Below are positions 9,428 through 19,500 of a stretch of DNA of 60,507 nt, in pieces. Position numbers and translations under genes: made by a program. A model generated the notes under the pieces. It did no database searches, was not told the DNA's origin, and saw only the letters and a list, made by a program, of their open reading frames with translations. The stretch is from positions 3,105 through 63,611 of the forward strand of contig CAYHYG010000001.1 in assembly GCA_964360835.1 (NCBI GenBank), in the 5' to 3' direction. Numbering within the stretch: the stretch's first letter is position 1; each line of letters begins with the position of its first letter. This stretch comes from an uncultured Gammaproteobacteria bacterium (lineage in GTDB: Bacteria; Patescibacteriota; Patescibacteriia; UBA1558; 2-01-FULL-52-15).

Positions 9428-10266
9428 TGATCGCTGATTTACTGACGCAAGCCGGCAAACGTCTACAGACAGCCGGATTTTCTGCTGACGAAGCCGCTAT
9501 CCTTTTGGCTGCTACCTTGAACGTTGACCGGACGTATCTGTACAGTCAGGGCGAAACCAAAATTAGTCAGGAGCAACTGACTGTATTTACTGATTACCTT
9601 GATCAACGTCTGGCTGGTCAGCCAGTGGCCTATATCCTCGATTACAAAGATTTCTATAATCGCCGCTTTATCGTCAATCCTGATGTACTAATACCTCGCC
9701 CTGATAGCGAAGTTTTGATCACCACCGCTCTCGAGCTATTAAAAAACCTACCAGCCACAAGCTACCAGCCACTGGCCATTCTCGACATTGGAACAGGTTC
9801 CGGCTGTCTGATCATTACCATAGCTTTAGAAACAGCTGGGCGGTTTAATTATCTCGGTACTGACATCTCCCTCCCTGCTCTGGCAGTTGCTCAAGAAAAC
9901 GCTGATTCGTTACAAGCAAAAGTATCCTTTCTACCGTCTGATCTATTGGACGATATACCATTACAGAAATTTAATCTGATCCTGGCCAACCTACCTTACT
10001 TACAACCAGAGCAGTTGAATGAAAGTTCAATTATGAAGGAACCACAGCTGGCTCTCTATGGCGGCACAGATGGTCTGATGTATTATGAGAGATTGCTAAA
10101 GACAGTGGCTAACTATCTACAGCCTGATGGAATTCTATTACTGGAAATCGATCCCGGCCAGAAGGATTTGTTAACAAGCTTAATCCAACAGCAGCCGATC
10201 AAATGGCAGTTGGAGTTTATAAATGATTTAAGTGGTAGAATACGTGTAGCTAAGCTATCACTATAA
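9427..10266 (+). CDS. prmC: release-factor glutamine N5-methyltransferase
   Basis: DIGTGSGC (SAM motif) and ILANLPY (NPPY-type motif); ATGA-type overlap with prfA. Confidence 0.9.
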   Translation: MIADLLTQAGKRLQTAGFSADEAAILLAATLNVDRTYLYSQGETKISQEQLTVFTDYLDQRLAGQPVAYILDYKDFYNRRFIVNPDVLIPRPDSEVLITTALELLKNLPATSYQPLAILDIGTGSGCLIITIALETAGRFNYLGTDISLPALAVAQENADSLQAKVSFLPSDLLDDIPLQKFNLILANLPYLQPEQLNESSIMKEPQLALYGGTDGLMYYERLLKTVANYLQPDGILLLEIDPGQKDLLTSLIQQQPIKWQLEFINDLSGRIRVAKLSL

Positions 10267-10269
10267 ACC

Positions 10270-10365
10270 GGACTATATTCTCGAGGAGTTAGACGACGAG
10301 AGATCTCAATGACTGCAGAGGTTGTGATATCTCTCCCACGTCAGACGTGGTCGAGAATATAATCC
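10270..10365. repeat. 96-nt imperfect palindromic element directly after the prmC stop
   Basis: Arms GGACTATATTCTCGA (10270-10284) / TCGAGAATATAATCC (10351-10365) match 14 of 15. Inner GAGAGAT/ATCTCTC arms and the perfect palindrome CCACGTCAGACGTGG (10336-10350). Confidence 0.8.
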
Positions 10366-10410
10366 GCCAATAAACATTCCACTGTCGGAACTTGCAGTGA
10401 CTAAATATTG

Positions 10411-10441
10411 AAACGGCCCCGACGTGATGTCAGGGCCGTTT
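10411..10441. terminator. hairpin between convergent genes
   Basis: AAACGGCCC (10411-10419) / GGGCCGTTT (10433-10441). Confidence 0.6.
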
Positions 10442-10452
10442 GATTGTGAAAC

Positions 10453-10845
10453 TTACTTTCTCTCAGGCGTCTCTACCCAGAGGGAAACTTCCAGAAAGAG
10501 ATCGAATTTGTTGCCACTCCGGAGAATGACCCTCAGGGAATGCTCGACGACAGCCAAATTGAACGGATCTTTGGCAAAATCTCGAATTGCATTCAAGCGC
10601 CTCCACAGATAGGGAAGCTCATTATCAGCCACATGTTGATGGGCTTCTGCCTCTCTCTCCTTCAAGTGGATGGTCTTCCCGTTGAAGACCAAAAGGAAAC
10701 CAAAGCCTCCTTCAACCTCAACTTTGGTACCTGGCTGAGCTTGAAGCATGTTCTTGTTCAACTTCGCCTTGAGGACTAAGTAGTCGCGGACCAAATAATC
10801 CAGCCCGACGTCCTTGATCTCACCACCATATCCAAAAATTGACAT
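10453..10845 (-). CDS. hypothetical protein
   Basis: ATG at 10845 lies 8 nt after GGAGGG. The longer track start (10914) has no such signal. No domain recognised. Confidence 0.5.
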   Translation of the reverse strand: MSIFGYGGEIKDVGLDYLVRDYLVLKAKLNKNMLQAQPGTKVEVEGGFGFLLVFNGKTIHLKEREAEAHQHVADNELPYLWRRLNAIRDFAKDPFNLAVVEHSLRVILRSGNKFDLFLEVSLWVETPERK

Positions 10846-11054
10846 AGAGCAGACCCTCCACTCTCGATAATATCCGATCCAGCAGCTTGCCGCGATGGCA
10901 ACTCTGATCGACACAACCGAAAGATAAGGTACCTTAGATTATCCACTTTATTTTGTCAAAATATTAATCTAGTAACCTTGACACTCTTATTGATAAATTA
11001 TAAGGTTTCGACGCTCGCATTCTATAAGTCTCTCTCTGACGGAGGACTATAACC

Positions 11055-11402
11055 ATGGCTTCTACTCTGATAAAGCACGGACCGACTGTAGTTATCCGCC
11101 TCAGCAGCAACCTGGATAGTGATCAACCAATTAACGAACTGCGGGCTGTGGTAGATAAGCTGCTGCAGGAAGGAAACTCCAGACTCGTGCTCAATCTGGC
11201 GGATGTAACGACGATGAATTCATACGGGATAGTAGCGTTGACATCTATTCAAAGGGAGTACGCCAAACGAGGCGGCACGGTTAAGCTCTGTCAGCTCGAG
11301 AAGAGTATCACCAACATTCTCTTGCTGACCAAGCTGTCTATGATCTTCGAATGCCACCGCACCGAGGATGAAGCTACGTTTAGCTTCACTCCGACCGAGT
11401 AG
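11055..11402 (+). CDS. STAS-domain anti-sigma-factor antagonist (SpoIIAA/RsbV-like)
   Basis: LNLADVTTMNSYGIVAL matches the DxSxVxxxDSSG-type phospho-Ser loop. GGAGGA lies 8 nt upstream of the ATG. Confidence 0.75.
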   Translation: MASTLIKHGPTVVIRLSSNLDSDQPINELRAVVDKLLQEGNSRLVLNLADVTTMNSYGIVALTSIQREYAKRGGTVKLCQLEKSITNILLLTKLSMIFECHRTEDEATFSFTPTE

Positions 11403-11423
11403 ATAGACCGGAAACCCAGACCA

Positions 11424-11448
11424 GGCTCCCTTCGCAATGAAGGGAGCC
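11424..11448 (+). terminator. hairpin after the STAS gene
   Basis: GGCTCCCTTC / GAAGGGAGCC, 5-nt loop; no clear T tail. Confidence 0.45.
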
Positions 11449-11497
11449 TCTAAAAGTAAAAAAAGGATGGCCAAACGACCACCCTTTCCTATTTCTA

Positions 11498-11567
11498 ATT
11501 ACTAATTCCTGATTACTAACCCCCACTTACTGATTACTAATTACGAGTTACGAATTACTATCTTACT
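11498..11567. repeat. 7-bp-period ATTACTR array (about 10 units) abutting the rplY stop codon
   Basis: Units read attacta attcctg attacta accccca cttactg attacta attacga gttacga attacta tcttact. The last unit contains the rplY stop (11563-11565). Confidence 0.85.
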
Positions 11568-12255
11568 CCTTTTTCGGCTCTTTCTTCTCTTCTTTCTTAT
11601 TATCCTTATCCTCAACCTCACCAGCTACAGCACCTTCGTTCTTCTGTTTAATAGATTCAGCCACCACCGTCTCGGTTGGCACTGCTTCAAACTTCTCTTC
11701 ACGGACGGCCATAACAGAGGCCAAGGTTGATTCCGGATCATCAAGAGGAACTACACCGCTCGGTAAAGCGATATCTTTGAGCTGGATAGAATCGCCAAAC
11801 TCCACGAGGGAATCCAGACTGACAGAAATTTCATGTGGCAAATCTTTGGGCAGACACTCAATCTCAATGTGGTCTGCGCTCAGTACCAGGTTAGCGCCTT
11901 TTTCTTTGACAGCCGGGGACTCTCCAATAAAAACCAGTTTAACATCGGTCTTGACCTTTACATCCATATTGATCTGATATAAATCAGCATGAATGATAAT
12001 GTCGGAGACAGGATCGCGCTGGACTTCTTTGACGAGCACATTTACCGGTTTACCATTATCTACAGTCAATTCTATCAAACTACTTTCACCAGCTTCCAGT
12101 AAAACTTTCTTGAATGTTAAACGATCCAAAACCAAAGGAGTATTTTCCTTACCATGTCCATAGAGAACGGCTGGAATTTTTGCTTCCTTCCTAGTTGTAT
12201 TGAGCGTCGACTGCGTAGCCACTGCTCGCTTCTGTGCTTGTAAGGCGTATGTCAT
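11563..12255 (-). CDS. rplY: 50S ribosomal protein L25/Ctc
   Basis: IPAVLYGHGKEN plus an acidic/Lys-rich tail typical of the long Ctc form. Confidence 0.9.
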   Translation of the reverse strand: MTYALQAQKRAVATQSTLNTTRKEAKIPAVLYGHGKENTPLVLDRLTFKKVLLEAGESSLIELTVDNGKPVNVLVKEVQRDPVSDIIIHADLYQINMDVKVKTDVKLVFIGESPAVKEKGANLVLSADHIEIECLPKDLPHEISVSLDSLVEFGDSIQLKDIALPSGVVPLDDPESTLASVMAVREEKFEAVPTETVVAESIKQKNEGAVAGEVEDKDNKKEEKKEPKKE

Positions 12256-12330
12256 ATAGATATAAGAATATTCAATGTAGACATTATTTAATCACGTTAT
12301 TACTTCCGTGTCAATACGCTAAACATCTGA

Positions 12331-13941
12331 TTATTTCTCTCGTTCATCGCCACCGACATAGACACTTTTTACTTCACCTCCTTTTTTGTCGCCTACATAT
12401 TTCGCATTGAAACGAAATTTTCCCCCAGGTCTTTTTCCGACCTGATATTCTGCGATACTGGTAGGTACTTTTGGCGCAATTACTTTCGCGCCCATGACTT
12501 CTGATAGCTTTTGCCCTATACCTTTATCAGCCCCAGTGGAGCATGATACAAGAATAAACGTCGGATTCTCCTCAAAAAATTCACTCGTCCTCTGAACTCC
12601 CCGGCCTTGAAAGTCTTGGGTAAATAAGGCGTGCCGTTCATCGTCCCCTCCGAATCGGATACTATCTTGGGTTCCATGTCCTCCAATTATCGCTAGTGAT
12701 ATCTTATGCCCGTTTCCGTCAAGAGGATTATACCTCTTATTAAACTCAATCAATGCACGAGCTACATCTATTTTCCCTTCACATTCCATAACTCTCAGAT
12801 TAAAACCGCCCTGAAGCTTCTCGTACAATTGATTTAATTCAAAGCGATTCTGATAAAACGCTCCGTTCCAATCGTTGCGAGGAAATATTACGACACCGTA
12901 TGGGTTGGATATGTTATCTGCTTCTTCATACTGCGCAGACAAAAGCTGGATCGGGTATCGTCCAAAGTCAGCAATCCCAAAATCGCGATATAACAATTCG
13001 CATGTACCCGACTGCAAGTGTTCCAGCTCAATAATTGAACTAATATTCTTTTCAATTGCTTGATCTAATGTTGTTCCTTCTTGGCCCAGACATGTGGCGC
13101 TTTTTTTCCATATATCTAGTAACTCGAGAGGCAAATGATGTTTCGACAGAACCTCCTGGATCTTCCGCTCACCCTCAGCAACAATTTCCGGAGAGTCGTG
13201 GGTAGCTAAAAATGCAATGAGTTGTCTTTGAAGTCTGCGATCCTTTATTCTAGGCAATGTCGATTGCGCTATCTCGGCCGCTACTAACGATTGCTCAGAG
13301 GTTCCGTTTTTCCGCATCAACATCAAAGCGTGAACGGCATGAAATGAAAAGTTATAATCTAAGAGAAATTCACCAATATCTTTTCGGAGAGCGATAAGGC
13401 CTTCTATTCCAAGTTTTCGCGTGTCTTCGTCCTCGCTTTCCGCAAGAAGACTCAGAGATGGTAAAGCCCAAGCCTCATGTCTGCCCTTCTGGATGTCTTC
13501 TATGATTTTCGGGGACAGTTCTTTCAGGATCCCCATGCCGAACGCCCGGAAGCCATCCCGATCAATCTTTTCAGTAGCAGTGATGCCCATGCCCTGTGCG
13601 ATCTTATGAAATTTATACAGAAACCCAGGCCGATATTCATATGCGCTCAAAACAACCTCTCGATTCGCGATAAGCGTTGCTAAATCCGACCTAACCTCTT
13701 CATCTCGTTCCTCATCAATGATATCATCATCAGGCCATCGCGAAAGATCGTCGAAAGCATTTTCTACTCGCATGAACTCCTCCTCACTAAAACGCGGACG
13801 TACTTCCTCATCAATTGCCTTTAGCCAGCGTTCAGCATCTTCATAATCTCTTTTTCCTTCCCCAGCTTGAACAATACGGGATAGACGTTCGGCCTCCGTT
13901 AAGGCTTCTTCTTCGCTGTATCGTTCGGGGGTTTCTGACAT
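12331..13941 (-). CDS. hypothetical 536-aa protein: acidic/helical N-terminal region plus a C-terminal domain with a clan-CD-like His/Cys dyad
   Basis: LAIIGGHG and FILVSCSTG: each candidate catalytic residue follows a hydrophobic block, with Gly after the His. N-terminal repeats look HEAT/ARM-like. Confidence 0.55.
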   Translation of the reverse strand: MSETPERYSEEEALTEAERLSRIVQAGEGKRDYEDAERWLKAIDEEVRPRFSEEEFMRVENAFDDLSRWPDDDIIDEERDEEVRSDLATLIANREVVLSAYEYRPGFLYKFHKIAQGMGITATEKIDRDGFRAFGMGILKELSPKIIEDIQKGRHEAWALPSLSLLAESEDEDTRKLGIEGLIALRKDIGEFLLDYNFSFHAVHALMLMRKNGTSEQSLVAAEIAQSTLPRIKDRRLQRQLIAFLATHDSPEIVAEGERKIQEVLSKHHLPLELLDIWKKSATCLGQEGTTLDQAIEKNISSIIELEHLQSGTCELLYRDFGIADFGRYPIQLLSAQYEEADNISNPYGVVIFPRNDWNGAFYQNRFELNQLYEKLQGGFNLRVMECEGKIDVARALIEFNKRYNPLDGNGHKISLAIIGGHGTQDSIRFGGDDERHALFTQDFQGRGVQRTSEFFEENPTFILVSCSTGADKGIGQKLSEVMGAKVIAPKVPTSIAEYQVGKRPGGKFRFNAKYVGDKKGGEVKSVYVGGDEREK

Positions 13942-14095
13942 AAAAAAGTTAAAAATATAGTACTCGTCTTATTCTGAATCTTCTCAGAACTTAGTCACTT
14001 GGGCTCAGTGAGCATTTCGCCCTTCCCGATAAGGCATTTCCAGATGAACTTAAGTAATAAAGTATCAGAATCAACGAGAAAGGCAAGGCAGCTTA

Positions 14096-15199
14096 TTATC
14101 TATATCCCCGACTTTTGATGCTCATATTATTGGCAATACCAAGCCCTATGGCAATAGCCAAAATTGAGCTACCTCCGGCACTGACCAGAGGCAAGGGAAT
14201 GCCAGTTACCGGCGCAATACCCATATTCATGCCAATATTGATAAAGAGCTGAACCAAAAGCATGGCCGCCAAACCCAGACAATAGTAAGCAGCAAAGTTA
14301 TCATCAGTTTTCCACGCTGTCCGACCCAGCCGAATAATTATGACCAAATAGGCGAGAAACAATAATGCCACGCCGACAAAACCAAATTCCTCCCCAATGA
14401 CAGCGAAGATAAAATCTGTCTGAGCTTCTGGCAAAAAGTGAAGTTGACTCTGTGATCCTAGCGCGAATCCTCTGCCAAACCATTGTCCGGAACCCACAGC
14501 AATAACTGACTGACGGACATTATAGCCCTCATCAAGCGGATTGGCCTGAGGATTGAGAAAGGTGGCAATGCGCTGTTTTTGGTATGGCTGTAATAACCAG
14601 AGCCAGGAGCTGACGGCCACGATTACTCCCGCCAACCCTAGAATGACCAAGTGACGCGTGCGCACTCGAACCATCAAAAGTAGGACCACCCAGGTGGCCA
14701 CGATAACCATAGAAGAACCAAAATCCGGCTGCAGTAAAATTAAGCCAACAGCAATAGCTACAGCGGCGCCGCTAATAATAATATGACGCCAGAGAAAAAA
14801 TTCTCTGGCATAACTAGAGAAATAGCCCGCCAGAAAAATGATAATGCAGATTTTGGCTAGCTCAACTGGTTGTAAACTTAATGGCCCTAGACGAAGCCAG
14901 CCAGTCGTATTACGAATATCAACACCGATCAGTAATACCAAAACTAAAAGCAAAATACCGGCCCAATAAATTATTTTGCGAAATGTCTGCCAGGTCCGAT
15001 ACTGGATCATGCTGATAGCCGTATAGACGCCAATGGCCACGATTGTGTAGGCAATCTGCTTATAAAAAAGTCCGTAGCCTTCCTCCGGCTGATTCAAACT
15101 CAAACCATACATCAAAACGACTGAAAGTAGTAACAAAAAAAACATGGCAGTTGTCAACAGCCAGTCGAATGACCGAAGTGTTCTCATCCAGGTAGCCAT
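14096..15199 (-). CDS. SEDS-family peptidoglycan glycosyltransferase (FtsW/RodA/SpoVE)
   Basis: About 10 TM segments; QPVELAK, PDFGS, LPEAQTDFIFA and GIPLPLVSAGGSS motifs. Confidence 0.9.
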   Translation of the reverse strand: MATWMRTLRSFDWLLTTAMFFLLLLSVVLMYGLSLNQPEEGYGLFYKQIAYTIVAIGVYTAISMIQYRTWQTFRKIIYWAGILLLVLVLLIGVDIRNTTGWLRLGPLSLQPVELAKICIIIFLAGYFSSYAREFFLWRHIIISGAAVAIAVGLILLQPDFGSSMVIVATWVVLLLMVRVRTRHLVILGLAGVIVAVSSWLWLLQPYQKQRIATFLNPQANPLDEGYNVRQSVIAVGSGQWFGRGFALGSQSQLHFLPEAQTDFIFAVIGEEFGFVGVALLFLAYLVIIIRLGRTAWKTDDNFAAYYCLGLAAMLLVQLFINIGMNMGIAPVTGIPLPLVSAGGSSILAIAIGLGIANNMSIKSRGYR

Positions 15200-15221
15200 A
15201 TGTCCAATGCTACGTCAGATC

Positions 15222-16097
15222 CTAACGTCGGTCAAATGGAGAGTCAGCATCCGGCAAAAACCGATTACTTTCATCAAAATAGTCAGTTATCGGCACAACC
15301 TCCAGACGATCTATACGAGCACCAGCGTCAAAGACATTAACGCTAAATCTGATTGATTGATAAGCCGGCACTTTATCTCTGAAGGTCTCCGACACCGCAA
15401 CCAAACTTGATCCTTGATATAAGGCAATTTGCCAAGTAGTCTTCAAGAGATTAAAACCGCTTTCATTAGTCACTTGCCAATTTACTAGAGGTGGCACCAC
15501 GGTGCGGTTGGCTCCTGCACCTATAATCTGCTTGGCTTGATACCGAGGCGCCTGATCGAAAGTCCAAACATCAGCATAAGGTGTCAAAAATTTGCGCCAA
15601 CGATACCTAGACAGAACAATGCTATCTGGCCTTTGATTATCACTTAACTCATAATTTAAAACCGTAAAAAGCCTGCGCTCCAGTGGCAACATACTCGTCC
15701 TGGAACCAGTGATGGTATCGCTCTTGGCACTAAACTGATAATCAATAGACTCCAAAGCCCACGTTTCATTTGGATTATAGACCTCCGCGGTCAAATCATA
15801 TTTACCGTTACCGAGAGCCAGGACTACAACCTTGCCAACTTCCAGATCCTTGGGTGCTTTATCGGCGTGGACAGTAGCCCAATCAATATCATTACGAACT
15901 ATACCGCCCATAATTTTTTCTGATGATCCTAGAGTTAGGGAAAGCGTAAAACTGGCGTTCATTAGGGCGGCAATACTCAAAGCAATGACAAACATGAGCG
16001 AAAAAATAATCCAACGACGCCAACGCATTTTCTGGCGGGCAATATAGAGACTACGCTGAAGTTGTTTCTCGTTAAGAGACAGTTGTTCCATGGACAT
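15222..16097 (-). CDS. hypothetical membrane-anchored protein upstream of the SEDS gene
   Basis: A single N-terminal TM (WIIFSLMFVIALSIAALM) followed by about 230 aa of soluble region; no motif recognised. Confidence 0.55.
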   Translation of the reverse strand: MSMEQLSLNEKQLQRSLYIARQKMRWRRWIIFSLMFVIALSIAALMNASFTLSLTLGSSEKIMGGIVRNDIDWATVHADKAPKDLEVGKVVVLALGNGKYDLTAEVYNPNETWALESIDYQFSAKSDTITGSRTSMLPLERRLFTVLNYELSDNQRPDSIVLSRYRWRKFLTPYADVWTFDQAPRYQAKQIIGAGANRTVVPPLVNWQVTNESGFNLLKTTWQIALYQGSSLVAVSETFRDKVPAYQSIRFSVNVFDAGARIDRLEVVPITDYFDESNRFLPDADSPFDRR

Positions 16098-16130
16098 AAT
16101 TATACAACGAACCGGACCGACTGACTATGT

Positions 16131-16159
16131 TTGGTTAGTAGATTTATCTGTGATATACT
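16131..16159 (+). promoter_or_regulatory. sigma70-like promoter with extended -10
   Basis: TTGGTT (16131-16136), 17-nt spacer ending in TGa, then TATACT (16154-16159). Confidence 0.5.
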
Positions 16160-16179
16160 TCCTGTGAAAATAAAAAAAT

Positions 16180-16482
16180 ATGCTTATTAACAATAGTCAA
16201 GATATTTTCTGGCTCAGTCTGTCGGCAGCTATCCTCATTTTATCGACCTTACTCGGGTTGATGATGTTTTATACTATCCGTATCATCCGTCAGGCCAGCC
16301 GAATGGTAGATAACCTAGGAGCTCTCCTGACCAATCTCTCAGAAATCAGCGGACTATTACGAAACAAGCTAGAAGATCTAGGCTCGGCTATATCCTTCCT
16401 GCGTACAGGCAGCAAAAACTTTGCCTCTATGGCGGGGTTTGGACAGAAAAAAAGCAGTAAAAAGGGACAGCCAAAACAATAA
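16180..16482 (+). CDS. small membrane-anchored coiled-coil protein
   Basis: N-terminal TM, helical middle, Lys-rich tail; possibly DUF948-like, which is a guess. Confidence 0.5.
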   Translation: MLINNSQDIFWLSLSAAILILSTLLGLMMFYTIRIIRQASRMVDNLGALLTNLSEISGLLRNKLEDLGSAISFLRTGSKNFASMAGFGQKKSSKKGQPKQ

Positions 16483-16544
16483 CGTATCTTGATTGTGAAG
16501 ACGTTGCAGTCACTACCTGACTGGAACGTTTATCGTCTCTACCC

Positions 16545-19500
16545 ATGTCATCATTTGTCCATCTCCATACTCATTCTCACTACAGCCTTCTTGACGGTCT
16601 GGGGCGCATAGAAGATCTCATCGAAGCAGCCAAAAAAAATGGTATGACGGCTTTGGCGCTGACTGACCATGGGGTTCTCTATGGCGCTATAGAGTTTTAT
16701 CAAAAATGTCTCAAGGCCGAAATAAAACCTATTATCGGCATGGAAGCCTACCTTAGCGACGAACCGATATCCCAAACATCGACCAGACAACAAAAACCTT
16801 ATCATCTGATACTTCTAGCCAAAAATAAAACGGGTTACCGTAACTTATTGCAATTGACCTCAGTCGCTCATCTCAAAGGATTTTATTATAAACCACGTAT
16901 TGATTGGGAGCTTCTCCATGAACATTCCGATGGACTGATTTGCTTGACTGCCTGCCTCAATGGCCCGATTGCTAGACCTATCAGTCAAAAAAATGAAGCT
17001 CTGGCTCGAGAAAACCTAAAAAAATTACAGAAAATTTTTGGACCTGAAGACCTATATCTGGAAATGCAACATCGACCGACTTTAGCTGACCAGAGCTTGG
17101 TCAATAACACTTTAAAAAAATACGCTCAGGAATATAACTTGCCTTTGGTAGCCACCAATGACATCCACTACGTCGAAGCTCAAGATGCTCTGGCTCACGA
17201 TATACTAATTTGTCTCCAAACCAAGGCCAAGGTCAGTGACAAAGATCGCATGAGCTATCTAGGAGAAGACTTTTCTCTACTGTCTACTGAAGAAATGCAA
17301 GAGCATTTCGCCGATACGCCAGAAGCTCTAACCAATACGGTCAAAATTGCTGAACGTTGTAATCTAGAAATAGAGTTGGGAAAGATTACCCTGCCTCAGT
17401 TTAACGTTCCTGATGGTCTGACCGCAGAAGAATATGTCAGACAACTGTGCCTGCAAAATATCCCGCGACGTTTTGGCTGCGCCTACGAAGAGCTTGATCA
17501 TGATATTCGTGATCGGCTTGATTATGAACTGGACATCATCTTCAAAACTGGATTTACTGCCTATTTTTTGATCGTGCAGGATTTTGTCAATTGGGCCAAA
17601 AATAACGGCATAGTTGTCGGACCGGGACGTGGTAGCGCAGCTGGGTCATTAGTCTCCTATCTCCTTAATATTACTAATGTTGACCCTATAAAATACAAAT
17701 TGCTTTTTGAACGCTTTCTGAATCCGGAACGTATCTCTATGCCTGATATTGATATGGATTTTGCCGATACCAGACGTGAAGATGTCTTGAAATACGTGGA
17801 AGAACGCTACGGTCACGATCGCGTAGCCCAAATCATCACCTTCGGAACCATGGCCGCGCGAGCAGCTGTCAGAGATGTCGGACGTGTACTGGGCTATGGT
17901 TATGGATTTTGCGACCGCATTTCAAAATTAATTCCTATGTTTACCACATTAACGGATGCGCTAGAAAAGGTTAGGGAGTTAAAAGAACTTTATGAGCAGG
18001 ATGATCAAGCTAAACGATTGATTGACATGGCTAAACAGCTGGAAGGTATTGCACGTCATTCCTCGACCCATGCCTGCGCTGTCCTGATTACTAAGGATCC
18101 TCTAGTCAGCTATGTACCTTTGCAACACGCCAGTTCTGACGACCAGACGGTCATCTCCCAGTATTCTATGCATCCGGTGGAAGATTTGGGATTATTGAAA
18201 ATGGATTTTTTGGGTCTAAAAAATCTAACCATTTTGGAAAATGCTTTGCGGATTATTAGAAAAACTACTGGCCAGAAGATTGGGCTAGATGCTATCCCTC
18301 TCGATGACGCCCAGACTTTCCAGCTGTTACAAAAAGGTGACACCACCGGCGTCTTTCAATTAGAATCGAGCGGCATGACTAGATATCTCAAAAAGTTGAA
18401 ACCGACTTCTATCGAAGACATTATCGCTATGATTTCTCTCTATCGTCCGGGCCCGATGGAGTTTATCGAAGATTATATCAATGGCAAACAGAATAAAATT
18501 AAAATTAGTTACCTGCATCCTGATCTGGAACCAATTTTATCCAGCACCTACGGTATTGCTGTCTATCAAGAACAAGTACTTGAAATCGCCCGCAAGCTGG
18601 CCGGCTTTACCTATGGTCAAGCAGACATCCTGCGCAAAGCGGTGGGAAAAAAGATCAAAAAACTTCTAGACGAACAGGAGGAATTATTGGTCAGCGGTAT
18701 GATCAAGAATAAAATTCCGGCTGACACCGCCAAAAAAATCTGGGACTTTATCGTGCCATTTGCGCGCTATGGTTTCAACCGGTCTCACGCCGCTTCCTAT
18801 GCCTTGATTTCCTTTCAAACAGCCTATCTCAAAGCACATTATCCAGCGCAATTTATGGCGGCACTGCTGACAGCGGATCAGGATGACATGGACAAAATTG
18901 TGCGTGAAGTTCATGAGTGCTCCAAAATGGGTCTACACATTCTACCGCCTGATGTCAACGAAAGCTTCGAATCGTTCTCGGTCGTTCTCGATAATGAACA
19001 AAAACCAACCAAAGACATCCGTTTTGGACTGAACGCTATCAAAAATGTCGGTCAGCATATCTCTGCTGCTATTATAACCGAGAGAAAGAGTAATGGTACT
19101 TTTGCTTCATTAGAAGATTTCCTCAAACGTATTCACGATAAGGATTTAAATAAAAAATCTTTGGAATGCTTGATCAAATGCGGAGCGCTCGATCGTTTTG
19201 GAGAGCGCGGACAAATGCTGGCTAATCTGGATGAACTATTGTCTTTTAATAAAAAACTGCAATCAGAAAATAAGCGTGGCGTTACTAATCTCTTTGCGGA
19301 TTTACCAATACAAATTTCTAGCGGACTAGTAGTAAGGTCAGCTGACCCAGCCGACAGCTGGCAATGTCTGGCTTGGGAAAAAGAACTGCTGGGCCTGTAC
19401 ATTACCAATCATCCATTTAAACCCTACCTAAAATGGCTCGAAGGTACTATCGACCTCATTGCCGGCATTAGCGCCACCGATGGGCAAGAAAAAACTGTCG

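Noticed and set aside
11498-11567. Heptamer arrays as CRISPR arrays.
   Set aside because: The repeat unit is 7 nt with no spacers, arrays are under 90 nt, and no cas genes are present. These are microsatellite-like or palindromic arrays, not CRISPR.
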